Positions 16,170-23,010 of a stretch of DNA of 48,176 bases are shown here, piece by piece; within the stretch, counting starts at the first letter, position 1; every line of letters begins with the position of its first letter. The notes below the pieces were generated by a model. That model did no database searches. It had not been told where the DNA came from and saw nothing but the letters and a program-made list of their open reading frames with translations. The stretch spans positions 1 to 48,176 of the forward strand of contig CAJWRZ010000001.1 in NCBI GenBank assembly GCA_913045955.1, in the 5' to 3' direction. This DNA comes from an uncultured Puniceicoccaceae bacterium. GTDB taxonomy: Bacteria; Verrucomicrobiota; Verrucomicrobiia; Opitutales; Coraliomargaritaceae. The position numbers and the translations under genes were made by a program.

Positions 16170-17146
16170 ATCAGGTCTATATTGGATTAGGTTCAAATTT
16201 AGGTGATAGAATCAATAATTTAAGGCGTTCCATTGAGCTCCTTGAAAGCACCAAGGCAGTGATTATTACCCAAGCCAGTGCTGTCTATGAAAATAGGGCA
16301 ATTGGTATTGAAGGAGGTAGTGATTTTTATAACGGGGTTATTGAACTTTATACAAATTTAAGCCCGCTAGAATTGCTTGAATGTTGCCAAGGTATTGAAA
16401 GAGCAATGGGGCGTAAAAAATCCGACATTTGGATAAATAGAATTATTGATATAGACCTTCTAGCTTTTGGAGCACATGAGCTAGAAAGCGAGCGCCTTAA
16501 CTTACCGCATAAGGAGATCTTTAAACGAGATTTTGTTTTAAAGCCGCTCAATGATATTGCCGATAGCCTTGAAATTATGGGTCAAAGAATCCAAGAATAT
16601 GTGGCAACTAAAGACTTAACTGGGTTAAAGGAAACGGGCTTACGTCTTTGGCCCACCAATCAAATTAACCAAATCGTTGCAGTTTCAGACAATGGAGTGA
16701 TTGGCAACTCGGGAACATTGCCTTGGTCTATTAAGGAAGATTGGGAGATTTTTCTTAAAAAAACTAAGCGAGGTGTTCTGATTATGGGAAGGCTTAGTTT
16801 TGATGAAATGCTTAAAGAAAAGGATTGGGCTGATGAGCGCTTTTATATTGTTTTATCCAAGGGGAAAGCGCTTAAAATTAATAAGAATTTTGAATATGCC
16901 CAAAGTATTGAAGAAGCCTTGGTTAAAGCAAAATCTCTGAATAAAACTATCTGGATTTGTGGGGGCGCAGCCGTCTATGAAAAAACCTTTGAGGTGACGG
17001 AAAAATTACACCTTACGAGAATCCACGAACATTACCAAGGGGATACTTTCTTCCCAAGTCATCAAGAATTCTTCCCGCATAAAGAATCTCAAATAAGCTC
17101 GAAATCAGCTAACTTGAATTATACTTTTGAAATATGGTCTCACTGA
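16160..17146 (+). CDS. Bifunctional HPPK (FolK) - dihydrofolate reductase (FolA) fusion protein
   Basis: The N-terminal half has VYIGLGSNLGDR, DIDLL and LPHKEIFKRDFVLKPL (HPPK). The C-terminal half has IVAVSDNGVIGNSGTLPW, IMGRLSFDE, WICGGAAVYE and GDTFFP (DHFR). The start is taken at ATG 16160 (MPLNQVY...) rather than the ORF-track ATG 16124. Confidence 0.85.
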   Translation: MPLNQVYIGLGSNLGDRINNLRRSIELLESTKAVIITQASAVYENRAIGIEGGSDFYNGVIELYTNLSPLELLECCQGIERAMGRKKSDIWINRIIDIDLLAFGAHELESERLNLPHKEIFKRDFVLKPLNDIADSLEIMGQRIQEYVATKDLTGLKETGLRLWPTNQINQIVAVSDNGVIGNSGTLPWSIKEDWEIFLKKTKRGVLIMGRLSFDEMLKEKDWADERFYIVLSKGKALKINKNFEYAQSIEEALVKAKSLNKTIWICGGAAVYEKTFEVTEKLHLTRIHEHYQGDTFFPSHQEFFPHKESQISSKSANLNYTFEIWSH

Positions 17147-17430
17147 ATCCAATTATAGAAATTGAATATTGTATTGGTTGTCGCTGGCTGACACGCGCTT
17201 CCTGGGTCGCTCAAGAGTTACTGATAACCTTCGAATCCGACTTACATGGTATCACATTAATTCCTTCGAGCGAATCGGGCACTTTTAGGCTTAAGATTGG
17301 CTCCAATATTATCTGGGATCGCAAAACTATGGGTGGTTTTCCGGAGCTGAAGGAATTAAAACAATTAATTAGGGATTCGATCGTTCCAGAAAAAGATTTG
17401 GGTCACAGTGATTTTAAAGAAGAGAATTAA
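17134..17430 (+). CDS. Rdx-family (SelW/SelT/SelH-like) thioredoxin-fold protein, CxxC form
   Basis: IEIEYCIGCRWLTRASWVAQELL and a C-terminal GGFPELKELKQLIRD, typical of bacterial SelW-like proteins. It overlaps the folK::folA stop by 13 nt. Confidence 0.7.
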   Translation: MVSLNPIIEIEYCIGCRWLTRASWVAQELLITFESDLHGITLIPSSESGTFRLKIGSNIIWDRKTMGGFPELKELKQLIRDSIVPEKDLGHSDFKEEN

Positions 17431-17438
17431 GGCAAGCT

Positions 17439-18167
17439 ATGATGTCCATTGCTGATCAATTAATTACCTCGACCCAAAATTTATCAAAGCAGGTTGAAAC
17501 CTTTAGATTCAGTGATCCCGTCACCCATATTTATAATCCGCTGAATTATGCTTGGGACTCCCATAAATCATATATTGAAAAAAGGGGTTCTTCAAAAAAG
17601 AAAGTTTTATTTATGGGGATGAACCCCGGCCCATACGGAATGGCCCAGACGGGTATTCCCTTCGGTGAAATTCAGCATGTAAAAGATTGGGTGGGTGTCA
17701 GTAGTCCGGTTGGCAAGCCTGACATTGAGCATCCTAAGCGCATGATTGAGGGATTTAATTGTAAAAAAAGTGAGGTCAGTGGCCGCCGTTTATGGGGCTT
17801 CTTGAAGGAACAATTTAGCAGTGCGGATGCTTTTTTTGAGGATCATTACGTGCTTAATTATTGTCCGCTTGTTTTTATGGAGGCTTCAGGTAAAAACCGT
17901 ACACCCGATAAGCTTCCTGTCAGTGAATCAGAACCACTTTATCAAGTTTGCAATGAACATTTGCTAGATGTGGTGAATATTTTAGAGGTGGATTGGATTG
18001 TTGGGGTGGGTGGCTTCGCTGAGCAAAAAGCCAGAGATTCCCTTAAAGGCAATAGCGCTATTAAAATTGGACGAATTTTACACCCAAGTCCGGCAAGTCC
18101 CTTAGCAAATCGTGGCTGGGGTCCTCAGGCATTAGCGCAGTTAGAAGCTCTAGGCATATGGTCTTAG
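17439..18167 (+). CDS. SMUG1-type (family 3) uracil-DNA glycosylase
   Basis: GMNPGPYGMAQTGIPFGE and HPSPASPLANRGW correspond to the two SMUG1 active-site motifs (GMNPGP.GMAQTG.PFG and HPSP...AN.GW). Confidence 0.8.
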   Translation: MMSIADQLITSTQNLSKQVETFRFSDPVTHIYNPLNYAWDSHKSYIEKRGSSKKKVLFMGMNPGPYGMAQTGIPFGEIQHVKDWVGVSSPVGKPDIEHPKRMIEGFNCKKSEVSGRRLWGFLKEQFSSADAFFEDHYVLNYCPLVFMEASGKNRTPDKLPVSESEPLYQVCNEHLLDVVNILEVDWIVGVGGFAEQKARDSLKGNSAIKIGRILHPSPASPLANRGWGPQALAQLEALGIWS

Positions 18168-18235
18168 ATATTATAAGGCTTTTTTAAGAAAAACACTTGC
18201 GGGTATACGCTAAAATTTAGTTAAATGGTAACTGT

Positions 18236-20836
18236 ATGTTATCAAAAGAACCCTCCCGATCTTACAACACGCCTGCATTAGAGCGGTGGTTTGATTATGT
18301 ACAATCTGACTGGGAATCGGTGTTTTCTGGAAAGGAATTAGAAGCTGGCAGAAAGCTCTATCTAGAGGGAAGTATTACCGGGATTGAGTTGACCGATAAA
18401 GATGCTACAATCAACTACGCGTTTACACGTAAAGAGATTTATTATTCTATCATAGATTTTTCCGGTGTTGATTTTAAAGTTCGATCTTCGACTGAAAATG
18501 AATCTTTAGGCAGGGCTATTGGCGTAGCTGGGTTTTACGAAATAGAAGAATTAGTCGCAGATGAGATTAGCCCAATTTCGAAAAATACCAAAACTTCTGG
18601 GAATAATCAAAATCCAGGAAAGCATACTCAAAGAAAAGTAGTTCGACAGAACGAGAAACATAAATCCACGACTGTGTGCCGGCGTATGGCTTTAGAGTTT
18701 TGTGGTAGCAAAAAAGGTCTGGTCTTAAAGCCTTGGTGGCAGGAATTAAATAATGATAAAGTTGCGGTCTTCTCAAAAGAAGAACTGGAAATGAAGCCAG
18801 AAGAACGAGAGCAAATGGTTCAATTAACCGTGCTAACGCGAGAAGTGGGTTTCCAATTTAGACCCAATAAAAAAGATTTTATATTAAATGATTTTGAGAA
18901 AATATCTGGCTTCTTTTCTCGGGGAAGAACGCGCTGGGAAGCCTTATTTGGAGCTTTCTTACTAGACAATGAAGCTCAAAAAATGGCTCAAGGAATTCAA
19001 ACAGTTGAAATAATGGGTCGAGCGGAATCAGTTGGTCGCAATAAAATGCAGCTTGATTATAGATTTAAGCTTGGCGCGGAATGGATGGATGGGGATGAAG
19101 CTTTGTCCCTAGCTCAGTCGGGTAAAGGGACGCATTATTTGGAAGGTATTGGGCTTGTTTCAATTAAAGAGTCTCAATCAAAAGCAATCTCAAATTGGAA
19201 CATTGGTGGTTTAGAGGGGGAGCCCACGCAATGGCCTCGCTATATGTTGTATTCACTTTGGTTGGATAAGGGTATGAAATTGGAGGTTGCCGGAGAATTG
19301 AAACGCTGGAGCGAGCGCTTAATTAGGGATAAAACGAGCGAAGGTCACGGCTTACCCAATTTTTTACGTCCGTACCAAGTTGAAGGAGTTCTTTGGATGC
19401 AGCGATTGCATCATAACGGTGGCCACGGCTTACTGGCAGATGAGATGGGCTTGGGTAAGACCTTGCAGGTATTAACCTTGATAGCCAAATATGCAAAAAA
19501 TCAACGGTCCAGTCTTATTGTATGTCCTGCAAGTGTGGTCCCCGTATGGAAACAAGAGGTTGAGCAGTGGTATCCTGATTTGGAAGTGAAGATTGTTAAG
19601 TCAGATGAACTCCCTAAAAGAGAAAAGGGCGTATTGTGGTTGTCTAGTTATTCGCAAATCCGTCTGAATATTGATAAGATTAAATCAGAAAAATTTGAGT
19701 ATGTTGTCTTGGATGAAGCACAATGTATAAAGAATCCATTAGCAAAGATTTCGCAGGCTTGCTCCTTAATTACTGGGGAATTTCGCTTAGCCATAACCGG
19801 AACACCCTTAGAGAATAAGCTCTTAGATTTATGGTCTATTTTTAACTTTTTGATGCCTGGTTTAATGGGTTCAATGAATCAATTTGAAGCAGTCCTTCAG
19901 TCGGAGCGGGACAAGGATGTGTCGGAATTTGTTCAGCACTTAAAAAAACAAATTAATCCGTTTATACTTAGACGATTAAAAGAACTCGTTGCTAAGGAAT
20001 TACCAGAAAAGACGGAGGTTGATTTAATCTGCCCAATTAAATCGGAACAAAGGGAATTGTATAATCAGTACCTAAATAAAGGTAGTTCTGAAATGAATAA
20101 TGAGGCTAAGGAACCCACGGAAGCTGTAGGAGCCAAACAAGACAAGCAGGTGGCGGTTGATAGCTCGGAGCTCGGAACGATCATGAAGAATAAGGCATTC
20201 AACCTCTTTGCCTTGCTGACGAGGCTTAGGCAGATTTGTTGCGATCCAGGTATTATTCCTGATGTAGAATTTGATATCGAAGAAAGTGGGAAAATTATGG
20301 TTTTATTATCGAGGCTTTCGGAAGCTTTTGATGGTAAGAAAAAGCGTAAGGTCGTTATTTTTAGCCAATTTGTGAAATTGATTGATCGCTTGAATCCATT
20401 ACTGAAAAAGCATTTCCCGAACTTGAATATCTATGAACTGACGGGTTCCACGAGGGATCGAAGTAGGCCAGTTCGTGAATTTCAAGAAGATACAAATCCT
20501 GCAATTATCTTGGTCAGCTTAAAGGCTGGAGGAACTGGCGTGACTTTAAATACCGCAGATTATCTTTTCCTAATGGATCCTTGGTGGAATCCAGCCGTTG
20601 AGAATCAAGCAATTGATCGTGTCCATAGAATTGGACAGAAGTCGCCTGTATTTATATATCGCATGATCACCAAAGGCACGATTGAAGAGCGTATACAAAT
20701 TCTGAAATCTGAGAAGAAAGCCTTGTTCGATTCGGCGCTAAAAGATGTCAGGATTATAGAAGACATTCAGCAATACTTTGGGGATCTCAAAAGCTTGGCG
20801 GCGCTTACGGAAGATACCCAAACAAAGCTTAAATAA
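18236..20836 (+). CDS. SNF2/RAD54-family helicase-like ATPase with an uncharacterised ~370-aa N-terminal region
   Basis: LRPYQVEGV, ADEMGLGKT, DEAQCIKN, TGTPLEN, GGTGVTLNTADYLFLMDPWWNPAVENQAIDRVHRIGQ. Confidence 0.9.
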   Translation: MLSKEPSRSYNTPALERWFDYVQSDWESVFSGKELEAGRKLYLEGSITGIELTDKDATINYAFTRKEIYYSIIDFSGVDFKVRSSTENESLGRAIGVAGFYEIEELVADEISPISKNTKTSGNNQNPGKHTQRKVVRQNEKHKSTTVCRRMALEFCGSKKGLVLKPWWQELNNDKVAVFSKEELEMKPEEREQMVQLTVLTREVGFQFRPNKKDFILNDFEKISGFFSRGRTRWEALFGAFLLDNEAQKMAQGIQTVEIMGRAESVGRNKMQLDYRFKLGAEWMDGDEALSLAQSGKGTHYLEGIGLVSIKESQSKAISNWNIGGLEGEPTQWPRYMLYSLWLDKGMKLEVAGELKRWSERLIRDKTSEGHGLPNFLRPYQVEGVLWMQRLHHNGGHGLLADEMGLGKTLQVLTLIAKYAKNQRSSLIVCPASVVPVWKQEVEQWYPDLEVKIVKSDELPKREKGVLWLSSYSQIRLNIDKIKSEKFEYVVLDEAQCIKNPLAKISQACSLITGEFRLAITGTPLENKLLDLWSIFNFLMPGLMGSMNQFEAVLQSERDKDVSEFVQHLKKQINPFILRRLKELVAKELPEKTEVDLICPIKSEQRELYNQYLNKGSSEMNNEAKEPTEAVGAKQDKQVAVDSSELGTIMKNKAFNLFALLTRLRQICCDPGIIPDVEFDIEESGKIMVLLSRLSEAFDGKKKRKVVIFSQFVKLIDRLNPLLKKHFPNLNIYELTGSTRDRSRPVREFQEDTNPAIILVSLKAGGTGVTLNTADYLFLMDPWWNPAVENQAIDRVHRIGQKSPVFIYRMITKGTIEERIQILKSEKKALFDSALKDVRIIEDIQQYFGDLKSLAALTEDTQTKLK

Positions 20837-20854
20837 GCGATCTTATCTGATCGC
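20837..20854. terminator. Weak hairpin between the convergent SNF2 and aroQ genes
   Basis: gcgatc-ttatct-gatcgc: a 6-bp stem and 6-nt loop with no flanking T-run. Confidence 0.2.
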
Positions 20855-20933
20855 ATTAACTTAAAGGTAACCAACGCAATTAAGGCTAGTGTGCAGAAAA
20901 GTCCTAGCCCTATTAACAAGTGCACAAACAGTT

Positions 20934-21371
20934 CTAAAGGATACTGGATAAATAGCGTAGCGCTGCACGATACCCTTCAAACCCTAAGCCTGAGATCACC
21001 CCTAGACATACCGGAGCAGATATTGAGTGCTGGCGTATGGCTTCCCTTTTGTAAATATTGCTTATGTGTACTTCGACGGTGGGCAGGTTAGCTCCAGCAA
21101 TAGAATCTTTAAGGGCTAAACTGGTATGGGTTAAAGCACCCGGGTTTAGGATAATTCCATGAACTGAGCCATCGGTCAGTGTGTTATTAATTGTGTCGAT
21201 AATAACACCCTCGTGATTTGATTGGTGGAACTGTAGACTTATTCCGAGAGCTTCAGCTTCTTTATTAAGAAGTGCCTCAAGGTCAGCTAAGGTCTGGTCT
21301 CCATAAATAGTAGGTTCACGTTCACCTAGACGATCAAGGTTTGGGCCATTAATAATTGCGATTTTTTTCAT
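20934..21371 (-). CDS. aroQ: Type II 3-dehydroquinate dehydratase
   Basis: IINGPNLDRLGEREPTIYG, HQSNHEG, ILNPGALTHTS. Confidence 0.9.
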   Translation of the reverse strand: MKKIAIINGPNLDRLGEREPTIYGDQTLADLEALLNKEAEALGISLQFHQSNHEGVIIDTINNTLTDGSVHGIILNPGALTHTSLALKDSIAGANLPTVEVHISNIYKREAIRQHSISAPVCLGVISGLGFEGYRAALRYLSSIL

Positions 21372-21389
21372 GGTTTTACTTAATTGTTT

Positions 21390-22148
21390 TTATATTAAAC
21401 ACGCTTGATCTAAAAACGTCCATTCGATTTTGAAATGATCTGCAACTTCTTGTGCGAGTGCTTTGACCCCGAAAACTTCAGTCGCGTAATGCCCACAATG
21501 ATAAAGATTGAGCTTTAATTCTTGCGCTAGGTTAAAGTGGTGTTGTTTGAGCTCTCCAGTAATCAGCGTATCCACGTTGTTTTCAATTAGTTCTGAAACA
21601 GCACTTTGCCCACTTCCGGTGAGTATCGCAATTCGCTTAGGATTTGGGTCCCCAAATAAGGTCGCGCCATAAGTTTCCGGGAAAAGGGCTTTAAGTTGAT
21701 CGCTCAGTGCCGTGCGGTTTCCTTGGGGCGCTTCACAGATCAGCCCAATTTTTGTACCTTTATATTCTATGAAGCTATCGACAGGCTTTAGCTTGAGTGC
21801 TTTTGCTAAGAGGGCATTGTTCCCAATCTCTGGGTGACAGTCTAATGGTAGATGGGCGCTGTATACGGCTAGATTATGATCCAGTGCTGTTTTGATTTTT
21901 TTATAGTTGTGACCGGCGATCGGTGCTAGCGGTGACCAAAAGATCCCATGATGGCATATGAGAAAGTCTGCATTGCTTTTAATCGCATCTTCAAAGGGAA
22001 TTTGCCCTGCGTCAACGGCGGCCGCTATTTTGGTAACGATCCCATTATTTTCAATTTGGAGACCGTTGTGTGCATTTTCAAAATCTTGAATTTCGTTGAT
22101 CCGAGTCCGCGAATCGCAGAATGATAAAACTGAATTTAAATCAGGCAT
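21390..22148 (-). CDS. Nif3-like dinuclear metal centre protein
   Basis: LICHHGIFW and C-terminal HCGHYATE blocks. 252 aa. Confidence 0.8.
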   Translation of the reverse strand: MPDLNSVLSFCDSRTRINEIQDFENAHNGLQIENNGIVTKIAAAVDAGQIPFEDAIKSNADFLICHHGIFWSPLAPIAGHNYKKIKTALDHNLAVYSAHLPLDCHPEIGNNALLAKALKLKPVDSFIEYKGTKIGLICEAPQGNRTALSDQLKALFPETYGATLFGDPNPKRIAILTGSGQSAVSELIENNVDTLITGELKQHHFNLAQELKLNLYHCGHYATEVFGVKALAQEVADHFKIEWTFLDQACLI

Positions 22149-22230
22149 TCTTATAATGTGTAAAAAAACACTGGAAGTGGAAGCGAATTTTTATATTGAA
22201 TTGGAATTATATAAATAAAGTTTCTTTTTT

Positions 22231-23010
22231 ATGGATGATTATTCAATTCGTTTTGGTTCTATCAGTCGCCTTTATGGGGATCAGGCTGTGGAAAGTTTTA
22301 AACGATCCCACATTGCAATTGTTGGATTGGGTGGGGTTGGCTCTTGGGTAGTCGAAGCCTTGGCAAGGACCGGCATTGGGACTATGACCCTAGTTGATAT
22401 GGATGAGGTTTGTTTGAGTAATGTGAATCGACAGATCCAAGCTCTTAGCTCCACGGTGGGTCAGTCTAAAGCGCAGTCCTTAAAGGAGCGTATTGGTTTA
22501 ATTGCGCCTGATTGTAAAGTGATCGCGCAAGAAGCTTATTATACCGAAAAGAATTCAGAGGCATTATTAGAAGCTGGTTTTGATTATATTGTAGATGCAA
22601 TTGATTCAGTGGCCCATAAATGCCTCCTAATTTCGCAAGCAAAGAAGAAAGGTCTTAATATCATCACATGCGGTGGCGCGGGTGGTAAATTAGACCCTAC
22701 AAGATTGAAGGTCGCTGATTTGTCTAAAACCAGAAATGATCCATTACTCACTCAAGTAAGAAAGCGGCTGAGGAAAATGCATGGCTTCTCCAAGTATTCT
22801 AAGAAGAAATTCCACATTGATTGTGTCTATTCTGACGAGATCCCCAAATTCCCCCAATTGGACGGCTCTATAAGTTGTGAGCGGGAAAAGGGTGCGGATT
22901 ATCGGTTAAATTGTGATACTGGATTCGGCTCTTCAACAATGCTCACAGGTAGCATGGGCTTTTTTCTCGCCTCGGCGGTTTTGAATAAGCTTAAAAGCAA
23001 AGAAGCTTAA
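22231..23010 (+). CDS. tcdA: tRNA threonylcarbamoyladenosine dehydratase (ThiF/MoeB-family E1-like)
   Basis: RFGSISRLYG, IVGLGGVGSWVVEALARTGIG, DMDEVCLSNVNRQ. Confidence 0.85.
   Translation: MDDYSIRFGSISRLYGDQAVESFKRSHIAIVGLGGVGSWVVEALARTGIGTMTLVDMDEVCLSNVNRQIQALSSTVGQSKAQSLKERIGLIAPDCKVIAQEAYYTEKNSEALLEAGFDYIVDAIDSVAHKCLLISQAKKKGLNIITCGGAGGKLDPTRLKVADLSKTRNDPLLTQVRKRLRKMHGFSKYSKKKFHIDCVYSDEIPKFPQLDGSISCEREKGADYRLNCDTGFGSSTMLTGSMGFFLASAVLNKLKSKEA

Noticed and set aside
20891-21091. A 66-aa plus-strand ORF in and next to the SNF2/aroQ intergenic region.
   Set aside because: Most of it is antisense to the well-supported aroQ C-terminus, and it has no motif.
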